Of a stretch of DNA of 64,000 nt, positions 50,042 through 62,598 are shown piece after piece. The DNA is from Selaginella moellendorffii. Lineage: Eukaryota > Plantae > Lycopodiophyta. Made by a program: the position numbers and the translations under genes. The first letter of the stretch is position 1. Every line of letters starts with the position of its first letter. Location of the stretch: positions 2,214,806 through 2,278,805 of the forward strand of contig NW_003314271.1 of NCBI RefSeq assembly GCF_000143415.4. Direction: 5' to 3'. The notes beneath the pieces are model-generated. The model did no database searches. It worked only from the letters and a program-made list of their open reading frames with translations, and had not been told where the DNA came from.

Positions 50042-50945
50042 ATGGCGGCCAAGGCTGGCAAGAAGGCGCCCGCCACTGCTGCGGCTAAAGCTCCTGCGAA
50101 GGAAAAGGCGAAGAAGGAGAAGGTCCCATCAACGAAGGCAAAGTCCACGACAACGAGGACAACGAGAAAGAGCTCGTCCCCGAAACCTGCTCCTGCGGCC
50201 TCTTCTCCACCCAAGAAGGGCTCGAGGGCGCCTATGACGCATCCGCCTTACCTCCAGGTACTTTCACTCTCTCCCCTGTTTTGCTTTTTCTCTTGTTTTC
50301 GTTTTGGGAATGTAGATAGATGTATGTTCTGACGCGAGGCGGTCTGTTTTCTCCCAGATGATCACGGAAGCCATCTCGACGCTCAAGGACAGGACGGGGT
50401 CCAGCCAGCCCGCCATCGCCAAGTTCATCGAGGAGAGGTACGAGAAGGATCTCCCGGAGAACTTTCGGAAGCTACTGTCGGTCCAGCTCAAGAAGCAGAT
50501 AAAGCAGGAGAATCTGGTCAAGGTGAAGGGCTCGTACAAGCTGTCCCAGGAGCTCAAGCAGGCCAGCAAGAGCAGCAACAGTGCGGCGTCCAAGGCGCCA
50601 GCCAAGGCCAGCGACACTACCGAGACCGAGAGTAAGAAGAAGAAAGCTAGCGCTACCACGGGCACTGCTGCTACTACTACTGCGAAACCAAAGGTGACCA
50701 AGGGAGGTAAAGAGGCCAAGGCAGCGCGGACAGTCAAGGCAGCGAAGGCAGTGGCAGCGAAGAAGGCGGCGAAATCGCCATCGCCATCGCCGTCCCGGGG
50801 CAAGTCGCCGAGATCGAAAGCGCAGTCGCCATCGTCATCGCCATCGCCGGCGAAAGCTTCTTCGGCCAAGGGGGGAAGCAGGAAGACGAAGGCGTCTAGC
50901 GCTGGATCGCCAAAGAAGAAGGCCAGAACCAAGGCGAGCAAGTAG
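50042..50945 (+). CDS. H1: Linker histone H1 (2 exons)
   Basis: THPPYLQMITEAISTLKDRTGSSQPAIAKFIE...VKVKGSYKLS globular domain with Lys/Ala/SP-rich tails. Confidence 0.95.
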
Positions 50946-51429
50946 GAGATCATGGGCGGATGGAGATCATGGACGGGGATTAATTTTTTTGGGGTGCTTT
51001 TTGTAACATATACCACCAGCTCAGCCTAGCTCTTGACTGTTTGCGATTGATGCTTTCTTCTCTTCCAAATTTGTCTTTCCTCGTTTTCACTTCTGAGCTC
51101 CTCTGGAATTTGGACAAGTTGATGAAAGTCTTGGGATTGGAATCCATATAGCAACTCGAAATCGTCCAGAGAATCTTACTGGTGTTGCTAGATTGAAAAG
51201 CTTTGGACAAGCTGTCAGTGATGATCCAACTCTGTTTCATTGGTACTTCATAGATTGAGAAAGCTCCCACGCCCTAATTCCCGCCAAGGGCTCGAATTCA
51301 AATCAACGGCCAAGATGCAGCATAAATTTCAAATATTTGGATCCCTGCCGTCCAATCACAGAGGATGTCGATCGCCCATTGGGCTTTGCGGACTAGATTG
51401 AAGAGGATCTGGCATTTGCCTTGGCTGCT

Positions 51430-51470
<41 letters not shown>
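51430..51470. repeat. (AG)20 microsatellite
   Basis: Perfect ag run. Confidence 0.95.
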
Positions 51471-51474
<4 letters not shown>

Positions 51475-51798
51475 TACGGAGTCATGGAAACGAAGAAGAA
51501 GAATCCAAAAGAACAAAGAGAAAAAAGAACAATTCATCACATGAGCTCTGCAAGCAAGCAGAGCAACCAAAAGGAGTGAATAGACAGCGCCCAATCTAAG
51601 TCTAGATCTATTTCCCTTTGGATCGTGCTCGCTGCTCGCGAGAAAATCAAACAAGTAAACAAGGATGGAAACAATACAATGAAGAAGATAATTCATTCTC
51701 TAGTTTTCTTGGATCCTCTAAAGGATACATCCTTTAAACGGCCAGGATGGAGCGCAATTCAAACATTTAAATCCGGCCAGCGAAATCCGGCCGTCCGA

Positions 51799-54144
51799 TC
51801 ACAGAGCTGCCGGGATGCGGCGTCGGCCAGCGGCGGTGGAGGCGAAGGAGCAGCACACGGGCAAGTAAGTGGGCGTCTTGCGGTGCGCGCTTGTCACCAC
51901 GGCCTTGGTGTCAAACACGCTCACGCCCTCGAAGAAGCCATCCACGCACTGGATCGTGGGGAGCACGAATCCATCCAGCCGGGTTTGCTTGGCGCTGTAG
52001 GTGAAGGGGACGCGGCATTTCCCTTGGCTGCATTGCAGCTTGACAGTCACCTGCGAGGAATCGAAAGCATTAGCGAGACTGTGAGAGCAATCGCAATCGC
52101 ATCGATTGGAAAGAGCTCAAAGGAAGCCACTATGGAAAAGAGAGTAGTACAGAAAAGCTGGAATCGAGTCACGTACAAAGGAAAAGATATAAGGGCAAAG
52201 CGAAAGGTGGAAGAGTCTAAAAGAACAATCACATGAGAGACGACGAGGAGAAGACGAGAAGCATCTGAGCGTGACTACTGGAAGAAAAAGGGAAAACATC
52301 CAGTGATTCAATCCTGGAATCTAGAGAAGCAATCCGAGCAGCAAAGAAAATTAAGAGATTCCAAACAATGAACAGAGGAGAATAGAAACGAAACTTTCCA
52401 GAATCGCTTGATGAGAAGCGATGCAACGAGGAAGAAGAAGAAATCAAGCAGATGCGATGCAAAAGCAACCAAAACAAGAAGTTGAGCCTCAGAATGCGAT
52501 GGAACCAAAAGAAAGAAGCAATAAAACGAGATCTGCGATGAAACATCTCAAGAAATCTCGCCAAGAACAACAAAAAAAAAGCATAAGAGAAAGGGAAGAA
52601 AGAAAGTATTAGCACTCTAAGGAACTCTGCGATGAAACAAAGGAAACTTCTCAAGAAATCCCGCAGGAACAAGAAGAAAAACCAAAAGACGAAGAAAGGA
52701 AGAGAAAGAACCATACATTGATCACAAGACAAACGCGATGCAACGAAGAGGAAGATCAAGCATAAAAAGAAAGAACTTGAGCCTCAGAAGCGATGCAACC
52801 AAGACAAAGAAGCAATCTAAGGAAGTCAAGCCTACAGATGCGATGAAACAAGGAAAACTTCTCAAGAACTCTCGCGAGAACAAGAAGAAAAACCAAGATC
52901 CATACCTCTTCCCCGGGCTCCACACTCTTGACAGTGTAAGTCGACTGGAACTGCACAGCCTCCTCCACCACGGCGCACATCCTCGTCTTGAAACACTGCG
53001 CGGCGCCAACCGTGATGCTCCCCTCCGCGGACGTCACCTCGGGCACCCCCACCGTGAAGCTAGTCCTCGGGCACGCCTCCACGAAAGTGGACGAGTCCGA
53101 CCACCGGTGCCTCCGCGACACCGATAACGAAAACTTCACTTGCACCACCACATCGCACGGCTTCTGCTCGCTGTTCGTCGCCACCCCGCTCGCCACCTCC
53201 ACGCTCTTCACCTCCACCACCTCCGCCATCTTGAGCGAGTACGCGATCTCCTCCAAACTCTGCGACGCCACCGCGCCCCCGACCACGAACCGCGTCGCCG
53301 GATCGTTCATCCCGCACGCCAGCCCGCACAGCGCGTCCTTCCAGTACTCGGTGTAGCGCTTGAGGAACCGCCCCGAGAAGGCCGACTTGAGCGCCACCTC
53401 GGTGGCGCTCACCTTCACGGGCTCGAAGTGGCACGCGGTGTTCGTCAGCGCGTGCGAGCGATCCACGTCCGCCCACGCCCAGTTGACGCAGCTCACCCGC
53501 CAGAACTTGCCGCTCTTGACGTTCTGGATCATCGCGTTCCCGTTTGGCAGCAGCACTACTTCGTGCGCCGCCGCAAGCTCGCCCTTGGAGGAGCTCGCGA
53601 AGCTCAACCAGTTGATGTCGCGCTGGTACTGCGCGGCGAGGAACAGCCCATTGTCCGACTTGAGCGTGAGCAGCTGCGGGAGAACCAGCGCCGTCTCGGA
53701 CGCATCGCAGAGCTCGAGGTGAGTGTGGACGTCGCACGAACTCCCGACCGCGTTGCAGCCGTGCGGGAGCTGCGACTGCGAGAACCATCGCAAGTAGCTT
53801 CCGTCCGCCAAGGATTGCAGCGCCACCGTGCTGCTGCTACTGCTGCTACTCACCCGGACGATCTTAAAGTTGGAGCTCGTGTCCGAGGACGCCGGGGTCT
53901 CGTCCCGGTTCGCCACGATCCAGCTATCCTCGTTGCGGCTCCAGTAGCGGCCGTTGGAGGAGCGGATCATCACCACGTCCGGGAGATCCTTGTGGCAGAT
54001 GATCTCGTGAGTAGCCAGCCGCGACGGCTCCAGGGATGTAAATGTGAGGTACGGTACTCCATTCAGAGCGTGCACTGTGAGGAGCTGACCATTGTCGCCT
54101 TTCAGGGTCACGAAGCGGGGGAAGAGCTTCTTGGACGAAACCAT
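51799..54144 (-). CDS. Amaranthin (agglutinin)-aerolysin chimeric lectin/pore-forming toxin (Hfr-2-like), 2 exons, 496 aa
   Basis: Two agglutinin repeats (FPRFVTLKGDNG..., LPQLLTLKSDNG...), then a beta-rich aerolysin-like domain. It is completed by exon 51799-52050 (VTVKLQCSQGKCRVPFTY...DGFFEGV) after phase-0 intron 52051-52905. Confidence 0.85.
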
Positions 54145-54948
54145 GGCTCTCCTTGGATCTCGGGCGGTAGATCTGGGAAGAACTTCGGCTGGAACTTCTC
54201 AGCGCCTACACAACCGAGAGGATTGGATAAGAAACTCGAAAGAGAGACACGAAGAACTTAAGACGATGCACGATCAAGTTGTATAGTTTACCTTGGTCGA
54301 TTACTCGTAAGCTTTCGTTTCTCAAGCTTTCTTTCTCGGTGATTTCAAGTCTAGCTATAGTGCTTGCCCGATCAGCAGTGATCTAAGTTACAGTCTTTAT
54401 CGCCCGCGCTGTGACCAACTTGCGTTTCGCAGAAATATTTATTGGCGATCTCTGATGTAACTCCCTCTTCTTTATCCTTCTTCATGTGCCATGGTCCAGG
54501 TCGTCGTTTTGTTTGTACGCGCTTGGAAAGACTCGGCCATGGCAGGCTATAGCAATTTGCCGCCACTTGGTATTTGCAGCTAGAAAAAAGATCCCAATAG
54601 GCTAGCAGCTATGAAAAAACAGATAAAAAATTCTCACATCAAGTTTACGTGGTGGAAGATCCACAATGTCGGTGGTCCAATATTAAAACACGAGATTTCT
54701 CAGAGAGATCCAAGTGATAATATGTATATATGTTCTGTTTTAGATCTTGCATAAAAGTCAAGACTTTACAGTGACCTCAACTATGAAACAAAATCCCCAT
54801 GGGCATTTGCTGCAAGGAGCTAATCCCATGAAAAATCTCGGGCCTGGGGACGATGGTCTTGCCGGCAAGAGAAGCAAAAGACACCTGCTATAGCTTATTG
54901 CACACTGTCCATCGAAGATCACCCCTTCACAACCCACATTCTCTCCTC

Positions 54949-55509
54949 TCAAGTGAAATCCCAGCACTTCTCGGGGACGAGCGCGACCACGATGCCATTG
55001 ATCTTGTCGCTGAGCTTGATCTTGCAGCTGCACCGGATGGAGGGATCGAAGTCGGGCGGCGTGAAGTGGTGCTTGAGGACGTGAAGCTCGTCCTCGGTCG
55101 GCTCGGGGATCCGCGCCCTCCACTCGTCGCTGATGCTCACACGGCACACGTAGCCATAGCACGAAGTGTCGAGCTGGTGTGACAAGTGGAGGCGCAGCCC
55201 TGCATTCACAAGAGCCCTAAACAGCGACTGACCTGCGAGCGCGCGCACCGTGTGGCGCCGCCCGTCCTCGTCCACCGCGATGGCCGTCACGATGCGCGTG
55301 TCGACGCGCGGCAGGGAGTCGCCCGGCTGCCGGACCTGGACGGGGAGGAGATCGGCCATGCCCCGCCGCCCCAAAACCCCAAATGCAGCTGGAATCCGCC
55401 ATGGATCTGATGCGCCGTAGCCTGGCGCTACGACTGGGGACGCGCGAGAGGCCGGGATGGACGATGCCGCTACTGCGGATGCCCGGCGCCACGCCCCTGC
55501 TAGCGCCAT
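54949..55509 (-). CDS. Mitochondrial ferredoxin-like protein, complex I bridge ferredoxin (At3g07480-like)
   Basis: Presequence, then RIVTAIAVDEDG...GQSLFRAL..SHQLDTSC....C...EW...P..DE..VL...C...VVALVPEKCWD. Confidence 0.82.
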   Translation of the reverse strand: MALAGAWRRASAVAASSIPASRASPVVAPGYGASDPWRIPAAFGVLGRRGMADLLPVQVRQPGDSLPRVDTRIVTAIAVDEDGRRHTVRALAGQSLFRALVNAGLRLHLSHQLDTSCYGYVCRVSISDEWRARIPEPTEDELHVLKHHFTPPDFDPSIRCSCKIKLSDKINGIVVALVPEKCWDFT

Positions 55510-55654
55510 CCCTCAAGAGCCCTTAAAATATTGCCCTGACCTAAATCGAATCTTCCTTACATTCTTGGAATATACCTGACCGAATCGGTTTTATAGCCTT
55601 GGAATATACCTGATAGAGATGACACCTCGTGGTTTTGTATGATCCAACAAGAAA

Positions 55655-57620
55655 ATGGGACTTCTCCCTCTCCTCCTCCGCGGAGCGCCAAAGCGCTTCC
55701 TCCGCGCTTCCGGGAGCTATCGATCGCTCTACGAATCCAATTCGCGGCGGAGGCGGCACGGCACGGATGCAGCAGCGGCGGATCAGGCGGTCAACTCCAG
55801 GGCCGATCATCGCCCCGACGATCAGGTTCGCGAATTCCATGGCGATGGAGGTTGAAAATCTGTGATATTTCGGGGCCAGATGCTGGATTTTCCAGGCGCC
55901 AAGGCCGCATTCACCTCGAGGATGGAGTTTATCTCGCCCAATGCGGCCGAGGCCGTGCCGTGCTTCCGGATTCTCGACGATCTAGGGCGTGCTCTCGACG
56001 GATCCGACATCCCTGAGGTATGTGGGGAAGAAATTTCTTGTAGTTTGGATTGGACGATTGGTTTGGTGGGTGGAGAAACATCGATTTTTTGATAGTTTGG
56101 TATGAATGATTGGTTTCTTTTTGGTTCCAGGTCGATTCTTCCTTGGCGGTGAAGATGTACCACACCATGGTACGATTGCAAACCTTTGATAGCATTTTCT
56201 ACGAGGCTCAAAGGCAAGGCCGGATTTCTTTCTACTTGACTAACATAGGCGAGGAAGCGCTCAACGTTGCATCCGCGGCAGCTTTGACAAAAGACGACGT
56301 TGTCTTTCCCCAGGTGAGGATTAGATTCTTGGAGGATAGAAAAACAAATCGCTTGTTTTTGTGTTGTCACCATAGCTTTGTTTGCTGATTTTTCTTCTTT
56401 CTTCTTCTTTGGCTCGGCAGTATAGAGAGCATGGCGTGCTAATGTGGAGGGGTTTTACGCTTGACGAGTTTGCCAACCAGTGCTTTAGCAACGAAGCTGG
56501 GCACGGGAAAGGTAGGCAAATGCCGATTCACTACGGCTCGGAAAAACTTAATTACTTCACAATTTCGTCACCCATAGCGTATGTAATTCTTCTCGTTCTT
56601 TTTCCTCTATTGATTGACTCTGTCATCTTTCTCTGTGATTCAGGACGCAACTTCCTCACGCCGTAGGAGCAGCTTATGGACTAAAAATGGACAGGAAAAA
56701 TGCGTGTGCCGTGACTTACTTCGGTGACGGTGGATCGAGCGAGGTGGAATAACTCGTACGCAGTAGCTTTATTGATCTCTTCCCATCCTTTTTCTACAGG
56801 GTGATTTCCATGCTGCTTGTAACTTCGCGGCGGTGCTAGAAGCCCCCGTCCTGTTTGTATGCCGGAACAATGGCTATGCAATAAGCACTCCAGCATGCGA
56901 GCAATACAAAGGCAAGCACTCGATCCAATTGCTAGCGTTTGTTTTAACAACTTCACAATATTTCTTTCTTTTCTTGAACTTTGATGCTCCAGGCGATGGA
57001 ATAGTGGTGAGGGGCCGAGGCTATGGCATGACGAGTATCAGAGTTGACGGAAACGACGCGCTGGCAGTCTTCAAAGCCGTAAGCGCAGCTCGCAAGCTCG
57101 CAGTGGAACAAAGCAAACCCGTCCTTATCGAGGTATTCTCTGAGCAACACGCCTTTCTTTCTAGGGACCACATTCTATAACTCAGTGTCGCTTTCGAGCA
57201 TCTCAGGCAATGACTTATCGCGTCGGGCACCACTCCACGTCCGACGACTCCACAAAGTACCGGAGTGGAGAAGAGATTGCGCACTGGAGAAGCGTCCGCG
57301 ACCCGGTCCTGCGCTTCCGGAGATGGCTTGAGAGCAACGCTTGGTGGAGTGTCGAGGACGAGAAGGAACTCCGAGGAGCGGCGCGAAAAGAGGTACATTG
57401 AATTTCTTCGCAAGCAACCATCAACATCGCTTCTTCTACACAAAAAATACGAAACAAACAGGTGATTAGTGCAATGAACCAAGCCGAGAAGAAGAACAAA
57501 CCTCCATTGTCCGAGCTCTTCACGGACGTATACGACACTCTTCCGAGGAATCTGCTCGAACAGGAGGCCACGTTACGAGACACGGTATCTAAAAATCCAC
57601 CGTCCCTGGCCCCGCACTGA
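55655..57620 (+). CDS. BCKDHA: Branched-chain 2-oxoacid dehydrogenase E1 alpha
   Basis: Presequence exon, [26 protein letters not shown] motif GDGGSSEGDFH...RNN and [12 protein letters not shown]. Confidence 0.95.
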
Positions 57621-57919
57621 CAGGTAAGCCAACTTTAAAGCTCTGGAATATCCTGGACAGGGAATCAAAGTCCATTGCATGGATAAGGACGTCATTCTGC
57701 CACTGAATAGTCCCCAGTCGTGATATTCCGCTTGATTTCTTTCTTTTCCTTCTCGAATTTTTTTTTCCCTCCTTCCCGGCCTCGACCTGTGGATAGATAA
57801 GCTGGTCTTATCCGCCTCTTGGCTCCCCACTGATCTTTCGATCCATCGTCAAGGTGTCTTGAGTAGATAAGATGTTCAACATTCCAGCTTGTAACTTGAT
57901 TGGCGAAGAGCCGCTGGCA

Positions 57920-58755
57920 ATGACCGGTTGGGTCCTGAGGCACATCAACGAGGGTCAGGCGCCTGCCAGTCCTCGTAAAGGCGAGAAGACGAGCTGTATG
58001 GAGCCGACGAGTGAAGAGGCTGCCGAGTTTGATAAGCTCGACTTCCTCAAGTTGGATGGAGTCGACCGGCAGGGGCGGAGGATCGTTCGCATCGTTGGCA
58101 AGTTCTTCCCAGGTACTTTGGAGATCTCTTCCTCTTTGCTCGTCTAGAATTGTTCTGACCATCGTGCTTTCCAGCCGCTGCCTTTAGCAAGGACAAGCTC
58201 CACGCCTACATTCTCCACAAGCTCAAGTTCCTGAGCGTGGAGGCCGGTGGCCCTTCCTTCGTTGTCGTCTACTTCCACACCGGCGTCGAGAACAGCGTCA
58301 ACAATCCCGGCTTGCTCACTCTCAGATGGCTCTACGAATCGCTGCCACCGGAGTCCAAGCACGGGATCGACGCCATCTACTTCGTCCACCCGGGGCTCCA
58401 ATCCAGGCTTCTCCTCGCTACTCTCGGCCGGATGTTCCTCAGCGAAGGGTGAGCAAAATGCAAAATCCTCTGTATCCCCCCTTCTCATCTTTTCTCCATC
58501 TCGAAAGTAGCTCTTTTCCTGTTCCACAAGCTTAACTTCGTGATCTTCCTGTGCCACAGCTTCTATGCGAAGGTGAATTACGTCCCCCGAATCGAGTTTA
58601 TGTGGAGCTACATCGATTCCGACCAGCTCGAAGTCCCCGAGTTCGCGTGGGAGTATGATGACAACTTGGAGTGCCGGCCTTACTTCGACTATGGATCGGC
58701 GTCCGAGGATCTCAGGCACGTCCCTCACATAGGACACCCGCACTGCGTGACGTAG
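57920..58755 (+). CDS. BCH/CRAL-TRIO (GDAP2-like) domain protein
   Basis: DGVDRQGRRIVRIVGKFFP, VVVYFHT, IYFVHPGLQSRL and EVPEF..EYD; 3 exons. Confidence 0.87.
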
Positions 58756-58866
58756 AAGATGCCGACTCGCACGAGCCTGTGATGTAAATAAATCGTCCCG
58801 ACGTATCTGTAAGTGGTCCTTGTCCTACTCTACCAAGGAATCTATCCTGCCTCCACCCCCTTCCTC

Positions 58867-61111
58867 CTAGTCTCTTCCCGGAGGACTGTGCACGCTCTCG
58901 AGATGCCGGGCATAAGAGAAGTTCTTGAGTGGCTCTGGCTTCCTGGGACGATCAAACTTTGGCGATGGCGACGTTGCTGTGAGGCTCAATCCGGTCTCGT
59001 CTTTGCCAGGGAGATCGAACTTGGGCGAAGCTGCTTCTGCTGGCGGTGGTGCCTTGATGAAATCCCCGAAGCCTTTGGTGTCAGGAATCGATGTTCTAAT
59101 CGGAGGTATCTTGCTTAAAGCTGCGGGAAATATCTTTGGTGCTGGATCCTCGGCTGGTGTTGGATCGGCGGTCATTGCAAGCTCATCAATGTGGAGGACG
59201 TCATCTATACGCGATATAATGCTGAACGCCAAGCTTTCCAAAACACGCGAATAGCTTTCCAGGATGGACTGTCCGACGTCCTGCAGAAGGAACATTGGCC
59301 CGTCACCAAAAGCATGTGCTTGCCGCATACCTTGTTATACTGGATCTTGTGAATGTCCAAGAGAGTTTGCGGTAGTCCCGGGAACTTATGCTTTAAGCAA
59401 AGCAGGAGAGTTTCGGCTCTGGCTATTAAGGTCTCTCGCCGGTCGCCGTCTCCGACCAAGTCCTTCATAAGTCCACCCCAGGAAGATCTGGCATTGGGCT
59501 TTCCATCGGTATGAGGATGCCTCGAGCTTACTTTCCGTTTCCACGTATGAATAGCGGCTTCCACGCGGTTGGCGATCTCCAGAATGTGGTGCTCGGATGC
59601 CATGGTCAGCGTGGCCAGCAGAGCTTCAGGAGAGAATTGCTCGAAAGATAGGCAGCGATAGAAACCTTCGCCTAAGCTTGATCTCCCATTCTGCAAGAAA
59701 AAACACAAACATTTACATTTGCGAACTCCAATTGAGGACGCTTACCTTTGGAAGAGATTCCCAATACACCTCAGGCACGTCCATTTCGGAAAGTACCTGT
59801 GCGTTAATGGCCATTGAAGCTTTCAAGACCTGATTAATACTGTCCTTCTGATGTTGCAGGCGCTTCTTCGACTCGGCGGACAGACCATTAGCGGGAACTC
59901 TTGGCGTAGGCAGCCACCATTTTTCTTCTTGCCTCGGTAGCGATTTCCTTGGAGTGCCTTGCTCTTCCGCTTCAGACATAGCGACACTCTGGTCGACATA
60001 CCAAAACTCAGTCTTTGAGAAACCATCCAGACATTCCTGTATGGAAGAATTAGTTATAAGCAGCTGCCGATCAAACTAAGACAAGCTCGTTACCAGTAAC
60101 ATCATATCAAGTTTCCGCAACGCTGGTAGATTTATGTGTAGATCTGCCCGGGGATTACTGACCATAACCTGCAAACAAAGATCCGGATCTTACGCCGTCA
60201 CACGTCAAGAACAGCAAACACACCTCAACACTACTGCCGTCCGGAAATGTCTGCCAAGTCGGAACGAGCTCGACGATGTGATCGGTAACAGACAGTATCC
60301 ATTCCATCTCTCGTCGCCACATTTTCTTCTTCTCCACGGATAGAGGCTCCAACCTCCAAAGCTCTCCAAACACGGATGCTGTGACAATACCACTCAATCA
60401 ATCACCCTCCGCATACGAAAAAAGAAGGAAAAAAAAGAAAAGACACACCAGAAAGGTTCGTGATGGCATTCGAGATCGCCAGTGCAGTGCACACACCTTT
60501 ACTGCCTCCAGACATATCCTCGCCCAGCAATAATCTCGCGAACCTCTCCTTCATCATCTCCACTTCTGCAAACGAGCATCTCGAGGTGTTCTTTAAAAAG
60601 CCCGTGAAAGCGGAAAAAACAAAGTGCTTACCAGAGGCCTCAGTCTCCCTCTTCTCTCTTTTCTCCTCCCACATACGCGTTCCTTGTTTTGTGCCCGAGA
60701 ATGGCTTGGACAGCATGCCCTCGTGCTTCAAAGGCCAGCCGGGAGACACTCCACTGGGAGCTTGCTTCTCTTCGGGGTGCCAAAATGGCTCCCTCGGACT
60801 ATAGCCACCATCGTCGTCGAAATCCAAGCTCGCGCTGGAGCTAGTGCTTGGGTACTCGAGCCGGTCATCGCGAAGAGCGTTTGGATGCTTCTCCCCGGCG
60901 CCGAAGTAGGCATTGATATGCAATGCCTTCATACGTTCCGCCGCCGCTGGGAAAAGGAAGCGAAGAAACAACGATCAGTGAGCACGAAAACTAGGAAGGA
61001 AATGCCTCTACCTCCACCGGGCGCGTGATCTTTCGACTTTGATCTCCAGCCGTTGTCAGCAGCAGCTCCAGATGCATACACACCCTCGATGATGCTCCCC
61101 AACCTCGCCAT
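58867..61111 (-). CDS. ROPGEF: ROP guanine nucleotide exchange factor (PRONE domain)
   Basis: [70 protein letters not shown] and end SPPGRD. Confidence 0.96.
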
Positions 61112-61843
61112 CGCGGCCTCATTCTCGACGCCTAGCCATCACTCTGCGCTCCAGGGCTAGAATCTTGAACAGAAGCCCTGATTCACTGCGAATCTGCCAA
61201 GCTCGATCCAATGCAGGTCCCAAGAACTCCACATCACAGCTCAAAATCCAGACCTAGCGGACGCGCCTGGTGACTGATCGCGCCAGCAGCTCGTTCGATC
61301 CTCCCCGAAATCTCTCGATCCCTAGGACAAATATTTTACCCTGCCGGAAAGATCGCTCTTAAGCCTAGAGCTCCGCCATAGCGCCAAACCTTGCTTGCTT
61401 TCGGAGCCACAAGCCACTCGAAAGCTTCCACGTGGCAGCATGCTGATACGTCAGCGTGCTATTGGCTCCACGGCTGGCTCGCATTGTGGCCATGTCACCA
61501 AGGAGGTTTTTATGATCGATGGAGGGTCGTGCCTTGCAAGAACCGGCACGTCGGGAAGGACCGGTCCCACGCATCGGTCAATGATTCGCAGGAACCTCCG
61601 GTCCATTAAACTAACCACGACTGCCAAGGCAATAACAACACGTCGTTCGCACGCCCGGATTTTTAAGCGCGCGAACGGTTCTTCTGTTGGGCTGAAATAT
61701 ACTCTTTACACTGGGCGAATATTCTAACACATGGCCTAAAAAAGAATCGTTTCTAACGGAGAAAATTGTGCGAGAGACGATTCTGCTACTTTCGCAAGCC
61801 GACGGAATATTCTCCAAGGAAGAACCCTAAAACGAAGAAGAAG

Positions 61844-62257
61844 CTAATGCTCTTGTGCTGCTGCCGCTAGCTTGAGGTTATTCTTCTCGCGGCGATCCAA
61901 GTACTCGAGAAATCCAGCTCCGGCCAATGCCATAAGCGTCACTCCTTGCGCGTGGACCCTGAATCGCAGCAAAGATTCGATTACATTTCTTCTTTCTTGC
62001 GATCGATCGAACTCTTACCTGGCGTGGAGCAATTTGAGACTCAATTTCTCGTGTGGCTTGGACAGATTCCACAAGATCGAGGAGCCAAGCGTGGTGCCCC
62101 AAAAAGTACCTGGAGATAATCGATTGGATCGTCATCGATGAGACAACGCACTGCTCTTACCGATCGTCTTGAGCTTGTTCTCGCGCACCCAGGAGCTAAC
62201 CCGGCTCACAGTGCTACCGCCACTGCCGCTGGAAATGGATTCTTCGCCGCGAGACAT
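61844..62257 (-). CDS. HIGD: Hypoxia-induced gene domain protein (HIG1/Rcf1 family), 3 exons
   Basis: Spliced SWVRENKLKTIG TFWGTTLGSSILWNLSKPHEKLSLKLLHAR VHAQGVTLMALAGAGFLEYLD...QEH*. Absent from the ORF track. Confidence 0.88.
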
Positions 62258-62598
62258 CGTCAATGAAGCCATGCGCTCCCCTTGATTCTCCAGCTCCTTT
62301 TAAATCGCGATGAACAGAGAGGCCGGTCGCGAAGTAACCACTGGAATTGCCAAAAACGAAGAGACCTAGCAGCCATTCGCTTCCAACGTGGCGGCGGCCA
62401 AGTACTCAACGCGTCAGACCTCCATGCACCACGTGGCACTCTCGATGCTTGACACGTCATTAAGGTTACAGCCATTGGATCAATAACAAGAGAGACGTTG
62501 GGAAATTTTGAAATGGGGAGGCTAGGGTTTGTGGGATCGCTGGAGAGGCGCGGAATGCCGCTGCAGAGATCGAGGTAAATAAATAGGAGTAGCCGAGA

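Noticed and set aside
52229-52759. Phe/Leu-rich 176 aa 'membrane protein' ORF
   Set aside because: Lies inside the pyrimidine-rich intron of the toxin gene.
53060-54261. 373 aa plus-strand and 242 aa alternative-frame ORFs
   Set aside because: Stop-poor shadows of the GC-rich agglutinin-aerolysin exon.
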